Positions 45,201-57,788 of a stretch of 64,000 bases of DNA are shown piece after piece; within the stretch, counting starts at the first letter, position 1, and each line of letters starts with the position of its first letter. Under the pieces are notes generated by a model. The model saw only the letters and a list, made by a program, of their open reading frames with translations, made no database searches and was not told the DNA's origin. Source of the stretch: Octopus sinensis (lineage: Eukaryota); assembly GCF_006345805.1 (NCBI RefSeq), contig NC_043021.1:2480001-2544000 (forward strand). Direction: 5' to 3'. The position numbers were made by a program, and so were the translations under genes.

Positions 45201-48200
45201 GACAGACGAAATGCTGCTAATAACAAATATTTATTTCTATATTGCCCACAGGGGGCTAAACGTAGAGGGAACAAACAAGGACAGACAATGGGATTAAGTC
45301 AATTACATCAACCCCAGTGCGTAACTGGTACCTATATAATCGAACCCGAAAGGATGAAAGGCAAAGTCGACCTCAGCAGAATTTGAACTCAGAACGTAGT
45401 GGCAGACAGAATACTGCTAAGCATTTCGCCTGGCATGCTAATGATTCTGCCACCTCGCCGCCCTAAAATAATAACACATATTGGCCACAGAGGCAGTATA
45501 CTGAGGGGTGATATTTCTTTGGGTCAGAACATGGATGTTAGAAAAACTCAGATATTGGCTTTTGGTGCAAAATGTATTCTTGTGTATATTGCTAGCATGG
45601 AGATAAATCCCTGCCATCTCCAGCACCGAGACCACCTGATCACATGATTTCGACCTTCTCTGGTTTCATCAGTGAGGGACACTCAACTGCTAGAGAAAGC
45701 AGTGACTCGTCTCTCTGCCAGCAATATGTGGAAATAGTGCCAGAACAGGCACTGGTGTAGCAATTAGCCAATGAGCTCGTTAAAAATAGATTTTGGTGAC
45801 AGGAGCACTATTGATAACATCATCATCGTCATCATCATCGTTTAACGTCCGCTTTCCATGCTAGCATGGGTTGGACGGTTCAACTGGGGTCTGGGAAGCC
45901 AGAAGACTGCACCAGGCCCAGTCAGATCTGGCAGTGTTTCTACAGCTGGATGCCCTTCCTAACGCCAACCACTCCGTGAGTGTAGTGGGTGCTTTTCATG
46001 TGCCACCGACACAGGTGCCAGACGAGGCTGGCGAACGGCCACGCTCGGATGGTGTGTTTTTTATGTGCCACCGACACAGGTGCCAGACGAGGCTGGCGAA
46101 CGGCCACGCTCGGATGGTGTGTTTTTTATGTGCCACCGACACAGGTGCCAGACGAGGCTGGCGAACGGCCACGCTCGGATGGTGTGTTTTTTATGTGCCA
46201 CCAACACAGGTGCCAGACGAGGCTGGCGAACGGCCACGCTCGGATGGTGTGTTTTTTATGTGCCACCGACACAAGTGCCAGACGAGGCTGGCGAACGGCC
46301 ACGCTCGGATGGTGTGTTTTTTATGTGCCACCAACACAGGTGCCAGACGAGGCTGGCGAACGCCACGCTCGGATGGTGTGTTTTTTATGTGCACCGACAC
46401 AAGTGCCAGACGAGGCTGGCAAACGGCCACGCTCGGATGGTGTGTTTTTTATGTGCCACCAACACAGGTGCCAGACGAGGCTGGCGAACGGCCACGCTCG
46501 GATGGTGTGTTTTTTATGTGCCACCAACACAGGTGCCAGACGAGGCTGGCGAACGGCCACGCTCGGATGGTGTGTTTTTTATGTGCCACCGACACAAGTG
46601 CCAGACGAGGCTGGCGAACGGCCACGCTCGGATGGTGTGTTTTTTATGTGCCACCGACACAAGTGCCAGACGAGGCTGGCAAACGGCCACGCTCGGATGG
46701 TGTGTTTTTTATGTGCCACCAACACAGGTGCCAGACGAGGCTGGCGAACGGCCACGCTCGGATGGTGTGTTTTTTATGTGCCACCGACACAGGTGCCAGA
46801 CGAGGCTGGTGAACGGCCACGCTCGGATGGTGTGTTTTTTATGTGCCACCAACACAGGTGCCAGACGAGGCTGGCAAACGGCCTCGCTCGGATGGTGTGT
46901 TTTTTATGTGCCACCGACACAAGTGCCAGACGAGGCTGGCGAACGGCCACGCTCGGATGTTGTATTTTAATGTGCCAGACGGATAACGAGAAATAATATT
47001 CGTTTATGGTTTCAAATTTTGGTGCGAGGCCTGCAAGTTTGTCTCTTGTGTGCCACTGATTCTCCTATCTGACCTCTCATAATAGTACGAATATTTAGGA
47101 AGGAAACAGAGATAAACGAATTGAACAATGAGGTTGATTGATAAGATAGATAAAGCTTATGGTAGGTACACAAGAGATAGGGATATTTTTTAATTTGTGC
47201 CGTATAGCAATTATACTCGTTAATATACTTTAACCCATCCTTGAACTGATTCTACAACATTATTGTTACCATTATCTTTGTTTTAATGCTTGTACGGGTC
47301 AGACAGAATTTATTGGTAGATTTCCTTTGGCTGAATGCCCTTCCTGTCACGACACCGCTACGGAAAATGGGATTTTTTTCTAGCGGTGTCAAATGAATAT
47401 GTCACCCATAATTATAACCCTAGTATCGATCTATTGCATTTCAATCTATTTTAGATTTAGGGTTAGGGTTAGGGGAAGGGTATCTTTTTTTTCTTCGCAA
47501 ATGTAAATAAACCCAATCTGTTTCTTAAACGAGAGACATATTCATACAGCACGGAATGTTTTCACCCCAAATGGAGGTCAGCAATTGGTTAAAATTGCCG
47601 AAATGCTCGAAATTTCAGACGAAATATCTTACAAACTATAGAATTTTCTCAATAAAGCCAAGAAAAAATGATGTTTTATAAACACATTCTACCAGTATAC
47701 GAAGTTTAAAAGTGTTTAGTTAACTAGAAATTGTGTTGACATGTGCCGTTCAAAAGGAAAAGATCCAAACTATATATTTCGAACGGGAATTTGGCAGCGT
47801 CACCTCTAGCTGAACAATTATTCTGTGCTGATAAAGAGAAATAACCCGAAAATTGCGATACACACATATTGTTTTGAGTTGAGTGGAAGTGCTAGATTCC
47901 CTTGTTCGAAAATATAAGGACACAGATCGTGTCGTACAGCCAGCTGGAGATGATGTCTCCCTGAGCTAAATTACAGCAACATTCGTCCTAAACCAGGACT
48001 GCCATGTTATGTCGGCAAACAATCTTTGCTCTGATTAATATTTTCAATGCTTCTTTATAAGACTCGACCATTTTCTTTTCCTGTCTTTCTCAGTTTCTAA
48101 AGACCTTTTTTCCTTCTCGTGGTTTCCTCTGTAGGGTGATATGTACCGATGTGGTGCCAATTGCTGTGATAACGTCAATTCAAATATGGAAGATGTGCAC

Positions 48201-51200
48201 CGCTGCATCGACCGATGTTCAGAGCCAGTGAACCGTGCACAGAGTCTAATTCAGAATGAAATACAAATGTTCCAGGTAACTTTATTATTCTTTAATTTCT
48301 TTAATTTCATAATGGATCTCATCATCATCATCATCATCATCATCGTTTAACGTCCGCTTTCCATGTATGTGAGTGCGTTTGTGTGTCTGTGTTTGTCCCC
48401 CTAGCATTGCTTGACAACCGATGCTGGTGTGTTTACGTCCCCATCACTTAGCGGTTCGGCAAAAGAGACCGATACAATAAGTACTAGGCTTGCTCGACTA
48501 AAGGCGGTGCTCCAGCATGGCCACAGTCAAATGACTGAAACAAGTAAAAGAGTAAAGAGTATATATATGTGTGTGTGTGTATGTATGTATATATGTATAT
48601 ATATATATGTGTGTATGTATATGTATGTATATATATGGGTTGGACGGTTCAACTGGGGTCTGGGAAGCCCAAAGGCTGCACCAGGCTCCAGTCAGATCTG
48701 GCCGTGTTTCTACAGCTGGATGCTCTTCCTAACGCCAACCACTCCGTGGGTGTACTGGGTGCTTTTTACGTGCCACCGACACAGGTGCCAGACGAGGCTG
48801 GCGAACGGCCACGCTCGGATGGTGCTTTTTACATGCCACCGGCACAGAGGCCAGGCGAGGCTGGCAACGGCCACGATCGGATGGTGTTTGTTTTCTATTT
48901 ATTGCTGTCATCATTGTTGAAGTCGTCATCATCATCATCACTTACATCCACTTTTCCATGCTTGCATGGATCGGACAGACTTTTGACGAAGCATGCTTTC
49001 CACTGGGATAGCATTCTTGTCGCCAACCATCACATGTTTTCAAGTAAGGTAATATCCCCACCCCCGTGTGCCCAAACATGTCTTTTCAAAGATGCAGAAG
49101 AACATATATCATTGCCATCATCATCATCCATTTTCCATACTGGCATAGGATGGATAACTTGAGAGGAACTGGCAAGCCAGTGGACTACAGCGAGCACCAC
49201 TGTCTGTTCTTATTTCTAAGTGGATCTCATCATCATCATCATCATCGTTTAACGTCCGCTTTCCATGCTAGCATGGGTTGGACGGTTCAACTGGGGTCTG
49301 GGGAGCCCGAAGGCTGCACCAAGCCAGTCAGATCTGGCAGTGTTTCTACAGCTGGATGCCCTTCCTAACGCCAACCACTCCGAGAGTGTAATGGGTGATT
49401 TTATGTGCCACCGACACAGGTGCCAGACGAGGCTGGCGAACGGCCACGCTCGGATGATGTTTTTTATGTGCCACCAACACAGGTGCCAGACGAGGCTGGC
49501 AGACGGCCACGCTCGGATGGTGTTTTTTATGTGCCCACAGCACGGAGGCCAGACGAGGCTGGTGAACGGCCACGATCGGATGGTGTTTGTTACGTGCCCA
49601 CAGCACGGAGGCCAGTCGATGCGGTACTGGTTACGGCCACATTTGGATGGTTTTCTTATGTGCCACCGGCACTGGTACCACAAAGATACAAATTCCATTG
49701 ATGTTCATCTATTTTGATTTGGTCTTCACAAGTGTCACAAGAAGGAAGGTATGCACAGGTGGACTGACTACGTCCCAGGTAGGGGCCACGGGTTATGGCC
49801 TCACTAGTCTTGCCGGGTCTTCTCACGCACAGCATACTTCCATAGGTCTCGGTCTCTAGTCATTTCCTTGGTGAGACCTAAAGTTCGAAGGTCGTGCTTC
49901 GCCACCTCGTCCCAGGTTTTCCTGGGTCTACCTCTTCCACAGGTTCCCTCAACTGCTAGGGTGTAGCACTTTTGCACACAACTATCTTCAGCCATTCTCG
50001 TCACATGACCATACCAGCGCAGCCGTCTCTCTTGCACACCACAACTGATGCTTCTTAGGTTCAACTTTTCTCTCAAGGTACTTACACTCTGTCGATTATG
50101 AACACTGAAATTACACATCCATCAGAGCATACTGGCTTCATTTCTTGCGAGCTTACGCATATCCTCAGCAGTCACGGCCCATGTTTCACTACCATGTAGC
50201 ATGGCTGTACGTACACATGCATCATACAGTCTGCCTTTTACTCTGAGCGAGAGGCCTTTTGTCACCAGCAGGGGTAAGAGCTCCCTAAACTTTGCCCAGG
50301 ATATTCTTACTCTAGCAGTTACACTTTCAGCACACCCACCCCCGCTACTGACTTGGTCACCTAGGTAGCGGAAGCTATCAACTACTTCTAGTTTTTCTCC
50401 CTGGAACATGGTAGACGTTGGTCTCTGCACATTTTCAGTGTTTATTGCTCCTGAGCATCTGCCACAGACAAAAACTATTTTCCTAGTTAGCCTTCCTTTG
50501 ACATTGCTACACCTCTTATGTGTCCATAGCTTGCACTTGGTGCATCTTATAGAGTTTCTACCTACACCTTTTTTACAGATCGAGCAGGGCCATATACCTG
50601 AAGGCGTTTGTGACTTGTCTACTTTCCTACTTATTAGGACTTTGGTTTTGGCTAGATTGATTCTGAGGCCCTTCGATTCTAGACCTTGCTTCCACACCTG
50701 AAACTTCTCCTCCAGTTCTGATAGTGACTCAGCAATTAGAGCAAGGTCATCAGCATAGAGGAGCTCCCAGGGGCATCCTGTCTTGAATTCCTCCGTTATT
50801 GCCTGGAGGACTATGATAAATAGGAGGGGACTGAGGACTGAACCTTGGTGGACCCCAACCTCTACCCGGAATTCTTCACTGTACTCGTTGCCAACCCTCA
50901 CCTTACTAGCAGCGTCTCTGTACATGGCTCGCACAGCTCTCACTAACCATTCATCTATCCCTAGTTTCCTCATTGACCACCAGATAAGGGATCGGGGGAC
51001 CCTGTCAAAGGCTTTCTCCATGTCAGCAAAAGCCAGGTACAAGGGCTTATCTTTGGCTAGGTATTTCTCCTGCAGCTGTCTTACCAGGAATATAGCATCA
51101 GTAGTACTTTTCCCTGGCACGAACCCAAACTGCATCTCATCTAAGCTAACTCTCTCTCTAATTAATTGGGCTATAACCCTCTCCGTAACCTTCATTACCT

Positions 51201-54200
51201 GATCCAGCAGCTTGATGCCCCTGTAGTTATTTGTATCTAGGGCATCACCTTTACCTTTGTAGCAGTTGACTATTATGCTGCTACACCAGTCATTGGGTAT
51301 GACTCCTTCGTGTATCACCTGGTTAACTATACGGGTGACTATGCTATAGCCGACACTACCAGATATTTTGAGCATCTCTGCAGTAATTCCTGATGGGCCT
51401 GGGGCTTTCCCTGTTTTCATGAGTGGATTTGGTAGACGGAAACTGAAAGAAGCCCATCGTATATATGTATATATATATATATGTGTTTGTGTGTCTGTGT
51501 TTGTCCCCCTAGCATTGCTTGACAACCGATGGTGGTGTGTTTACGTCCCCGTCACTTAGCGGTTCGGCAAAAGAGACCGATAAAATAAGTACTGGACTTA
51601 CAAAAGAATAAGTCCCGGGGTCGAGTTGCTCAACTAAAGGCAGTGCTCCAGCATGGCCGCAGTCAAATGACTGAAACAAGTAAAAGAGTATATATATATA
51701 TATATACACACACCTATATATACATATATTTATACATATACATAAATATGTGTGTGTATATATATATATATGTGTGTGTGTGTATATATATACATATATA
51801 TATATATACACACATACATATACTATATCAGTGTGTATATGTGTGTGTTTATCTTATTTACGTGTGTCTACTTCACATACCCTGTATTTTTTTTTCTCTA
51901 CACTAGAGACACACGTAAACACCCAACCCACCCAGTCACCTACACAAGAACTCAAATAAACACTGCTTAGCATTACACTTCCATTATTACTTGATAGAAG
52001 ATAGGATAACAGTGGCTGTAGGTCACACTGACCACCTTATAGATTTCTTGTAAACTTACTTTACTTTAGTAGGTCAGGACTTTCCAAGAAACGCTTATAG
52101 AGAATTTATTGTTGTAGCTATTCACTGAAGTATGTGTGTGTATGACTAACAGAAGATATTGCTGGAGAGATATTTAATAAACAAAACAAAACAAAAATCT
52201 ACCTTTGAACACTTTTTACATCCATAACTAACATTTATATAATTTATTATGAAAAATTAACAAGCGCAGGAGTGGCTGTGTGGTAAGTAGCTTGCTAACC
52301 AACCACATGGTTCCGGGTTCGGTCCCACTGCGTGGCATCTTGGGCAAGTGTCTTCTGCTATAGCCCCAGGCCGACCAATGCCTTGTGAGTGGATTTGGTA
52401 GACGGAAACTGGAAGAAGCCTGTCGTATATATGTATATATATATATATATATGTGTGTGTTTGTCCCCCTAGCATTGCTTGACAACCGATGCCGGTGTGT
52501 TTATGTCCCCGTTACTTAGCGGTTCGGCAAAAGAGACCGATAGAACAAGTACTGGGCTTACAAAAGAATAAGTCCCGGGGTCGAGTTGCTCGATTAAAGG
52601 CGGTGCTCCAGCATGGTCGCAGTCAAATGACTGAAACAAGTAAAAGAGTAATACAGTAACAATAAAATAAGCATCTTGAGAAATAAAAAAGAGAAAAGAG
52701 TAAGCAGCTGTTTTGAGTTGGTCGACTGCTTGTGAGGAAGCTAAATGTGATTGGTTTGTGTTTTAGCCATTTACTAGTCTCAGCTGTTTGTTAGTCCACA
52801 GCCATGTGGCCATGGACAATTTCCAGTTGAATGAATCAATCGATTCCAGGACATGTATTTCTCTCTTTGTTAAGCCTGGTACTTATTCTGGCAGTGTATT
52901 GGTATCTTTTGCTGAACTGCTAAGTTAAAAGGGGTTGTAAACACATATACATATATGTTTTCTTTACTACCCACAAGGGGCTAAACACAGAGAGGACAAA
53001 CAAGGACAGACAAAAGGATTAAGTCGATTATATCGACCCCAGTGCATAACTGGTACTTATTTAATCGACCCCCCCGAAAGGATGAAAGGCAAAGTCGACC
53101 TCGGCGGAATTTGAACTCAGGATGTAGCGGCCGACGAAATACCTATTTCTTTACTACCCACAAGGGGCTAAACACAGGGGGGACAAGCAAGGACAGACAA
53201 AAGGATTAAGTCGATTATATCGACCCCAGTGCATTACTGATACTTATTTAATCGACCCCCGAAAGGATGAAAGGCAAAGTCGACCTAGGCGGAATTTGAA
53301 CTCAGAATGTAACGACAGACGAAATACAGCTACGCATTTCGCCCAGCGTGCTAACGTTTCTGCAAGCTCGCCGCCTTCTATATATAATAGTTGTCAAGCA
53401 GTGGAGTGGGGGAACAAACACACACACACACATATGTATATAGATTTCGCTTAGGCATAGCGAGGCTAATATCCTGGTGTAGTACTCAATACGGGTGTGC
53501 TTCTGAACAAAGTGTTAGAGCGGTGACAAGAAAACGAGATGACACAAGGAAAATTATATTTATCTTATGAACTTCATTAGGTTACAACTGTTTCTGCGAC
53601 GAGGATGATGATCTCTGTCCGATGCATACTGTGAGTAAGGGAACTTACTACCCCCTGGGGTTAAAAAGTAGTAACATAGTCCTATGCAGGACTGCCACGT
53701 TATGTTGGTAAAAGTATATACTGTGAGTAAGGTCTCAAGTGGCTGCTGTCTCTAGCCAGGCCAACAGGAAATTACCCAGAGACCTATTTCTTTATTACCC
53801 ACAAGGGGCTAAACATAATGGGACAAACGACGACAGACATAGGTATTAAGTCGTTTACATCGACCCCAGTGCGTAACTGGTACTTAATTTATCGACCCCG
53901 AAAGGATGAAAGGTAAAGTCGACCTCGGCGGAATTTGAACTCACAACGCAACGGCAGACGAATACGGCTACACATTTCGCCCGGCACGCTAACGTTTCTG
54001 CCAGCTCGCCGCCTTACAATTACCCAGAGACCATTGGTCTTCTGGGATTGCCAACAGCTAGATGCAGGTAGTAAGCTGCCTTATTCACAGTATATCTCAG
54101 ATGCAAATCATGTGTCGATAACCAGCTGGAAAAGATGTTTTCCTGAGGTTGAAAAGCAGTAGCTGTTACTACATCATAGATTTAAAACTACTTGTTTTTC

Positions 54201-54658
54201 TTGTTTTTATTATAACTGAATATAAAAACAAACATTCACACACACACACACATACGTGTATGTATACATACATGGGGACATATCTAAACAGATGCACAGG
54301 AGTTTTATAAATAGGTGTATAGATAAACCAATGCATGCTAATGTATATAAGTAGGAACATGTATAAGCAGACAAATATGAAGGGAAAAAATTCACAAAAA
54401 CAAAATATTTCTACATGTGTGTGTGTGTGTGTGCATGTGCATAGGTAAATAAATAGATTGACAGATAGAGAGAGAGAGAGAGAGAGAGAAATAATTATAA
54501 AATCTGAGGTCCTGGTAGGGTTTAAAGGTAGGCATTTCCAGAGAGGCACTCGACCCAAGTTCTGGGCTATCAACACTCTTAATCCCTGACTAATCCAAAA
54601 TCTTCAAGTGTAGCAAATTCTGGTTCCATGATGGTAAAGTCATTGTATGGGCGTGGCA

Positions 54659-54690
<32 letters not shown>

Positions 54691-56344
54691 ACTCCTTGTT
54701 TCTTTCTGTGTTCCTTTCTGTGGAAGAGCATAGGCTCGAAACGTTAAAGACTTTTTCACTTCCTGAGCGTTAAACTAATACATCTGTTTGTTGTCTACAC
54801 CACCTGTCTTCATCTTTTGTTTTGGGTTTTTTTGTGAATTATATATATATATATATATGTATTAAAGGAAAAGGAGAAAAACACCAAAGCAGGACAAGTA
54901 TAAATCATTTCTAACAAGAGTACTCAGCGCAAACCTCTGCCAAGGCAACACTAACATCCTCTCAACGATTGGCCAGAGATGATTTTTAAAATGAGAATAT
55001 CTGAAATAAACTCAAATGCTCTCACAAACAAGAATACTAAAAATGAACCCAACCACTCTCAAAAATTAAGGAAAACAAACAGGAAAAAATAATCCAGAAT
55101 CCTTGTCCGGTACCGGATCGATCCCAAGATTTAATCAGTTTGTGCCAGTCACGAGGCCAAACATGCCTAAAAGTTTCATCCAAGTCAATCCATTGGTTCT
55201 TGAGATATCTTGTCCATACCCCTATGTAATTAACTATGCATACGCATACACTGAACATGAGAACCCACACATACAAAGTGCACCAGAGACACTTAAGATG
55301 TGTGAGAATCAAAGATCTGGAGTGAGAGAGCAGGAGAATAGGTGCAAATGAAGTAGTGTAAATGTCAGCCGAGATTAACAGTGGTTTGACTGTTTAGGAT
55401 TTCAGCCAGTTACATCTGGCCTAAATATTCTGTTTGGTGTTAAAATTGGTCACCTGTAGACTGTGGCTTTTCTACCTTAGAAAGTCGCTTTAAAGAAATA
55501 ATCACATCAGTTGAAGTGTTGAGTTTCTGAGATAAAGCATGATTATCGGCTGAAATAATGTGAAGGAATAAACATCAGATTTGACAGAGTAATTTCCTAT
55601 GTTCAAGGGTTAAATAGATAGGGGGGGGTAGAGAGAGGGGGGGCAATTAGACAGATATGTAGATAGATAGATAGATATGTTTCTTTATTAGCCACACAGG
55701 GCTGCACACAGACAGGACAAATTACAAGGTAGAGCTTTTCTTTTGGGGGTATAAAAAAGGGGGTTTGGTTTTCGATCAAAAGGGATCGTAAAAGGAAAGA
55801 AAGAGGACAAAAAGAGGGGGAGGATAAAATAAAAGAAATTTAAAAAGTGGTGGGGGGGAGGAAAAAATTTGATCAATAGGGATGTTATTACAGAAATGTC
55901 AATATGAAGTGTAAAGGGGAGGACAGGTGAGGTTTACCCGTGGAAAGAAAAGCCTACGGAAAAGACCACGGTAACCTCGGTCTATGAAGTCACATGTTAT
56001 ATTTCTTTTTTTTTTTGCAAATAAACAACTCTCTGTATTAATTTTTACGGTTCATAGATTCATAGATAGATAGACAGACAGGTAGATAGATAGGCATACA
56101 TACAAACAGATATATAGGCAAAGAGATAGATATGTAGACAGACAGACATAGATAGACAGAGAGGCAAAGGGAAACATATAGACAGACAGAAATTAACTAG
56201 CAGGTGGTTGAGTACTCCACAGACACATACCCTTCACATACTTCTCAGGGAGATTCAGCATGACACAGTGTGGTAAGGCCAGCCCTTTGAAATAAGGGTA
56301 CTATTTATATATTCACATATATAAATATACTCGCGCACACACAT

Positions 56345-56395
<51 letters not shown>

Positions 56396-56544
56396 TGTGT
56401 GTGTCTGTGTGTGTGTGTGTGTGTAATGAAAGGAAGATAAAGAGGAGAGAGAATAAAGGATGCTTGGAGAGGGAGGATACAACAAAACCCTAATTAAGGG
56501 CCGATTGGACTTTACAAGATCCAAAAGATTTTTGTCAGGGTTGA

Positions 56545-56575
<31 letters not shown>

Positions 56576-56780
56576 CTTGTGCTGATAAATGGGTTCTAGG
56601 AGTGGAGCAAATGGGGTAATGACAGACATGATAAAACATAGAAGAACCAGGCATGACCCCCCCCCCGCCCCCACCTATCCATGACAAGTGTCCCATTGAA
56701 AGACAGACAGCAGACAGACACACAACCCCCCCCCAGAACCTGTGAATATATTTACAGGGCCATAAAATGACAACTACACA

Positions 56781-56817
<37 letters not shown>

Positions 56818-56824
56818 AGATGAT

Positions 56825-56865
<41 letters not shown>

Positions 56866-57055
56866 CACACATACATACATACATATACATTTCTATATCA
56901 CTGACCCAGAAGAAACAAGCTTCATATATGCCAGATAATGGCAGCTGTCATCACCACCACCACCACCACTGCCGCCACCACCACCACCACTACCACCACC
57001 ACCACCACTACCACCACCACCACTACCACCACCACCACCACTTGTTTATATGTAT

Positions 57056-57098
<43 letters not shown>

Positions 57099-57172
57099 AA
57101 GATTGTTGTCTGTATAATACATATACATACATATATAAATATAGACATTGTTGGTCTATCTATAGCCATACC

Positions 57173-57203
<31 letters not shown>

Positions 57204-57740
57204 GTTATGTATGTGTATAGGTGTGTGTGTCTGTCTGTGAAGGCACATGGTTTGGTTTAGTGGTTAGGGTGTTGCACTCGCAATTGCGAGGTTGCAGTTT
57301 CAATTTCCAGATCAGGGGTGGAGCATTGTGCTGTGTGTTCTCGAGCGAAAAAAAACTTCAGTCTCAATTTGCTCTGCGATTATTTTGTCGTTGTGGTCTC
57401 TTTTGCCAAACTGCAAAGTTATAGGGACATAAACGCACCAACACCGGTTGTCAGATGGCGATGGGGGAACAAATACCAATACACACACACACACACATTA
57501 TATATATATATATATATAATATATATATATATAATATATATATATATACCACATGCTTCTTTCAGTTTCCATCTACCAAATCCACTCACAAGGCTTTTGG
57601 TCAGCCCAAGGTGCCACACGGTGGGATTGAACCCAGAACCATGTGGCTAGGAAGCAAGCTGCCTTACCACACAGCCACAAATCCTCTCTGCATGGGTTGT
57701 TCAGCAAGAGATTGCAGAACCCTCATCAACATGACTATTT

Positions 57741-57788
<48 letters not shown>

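Noticed and set aside
45871-46996. 301-335 aa ORFs with cycling peptides
   Set aside because: A 65-bp unit rotates through three frames; not protein-coding.
47457-47474. (TTAGGG)3
   Set aside because: Only three units, embedded in a dispersed repeat; not a telomere or telomere-healing site.
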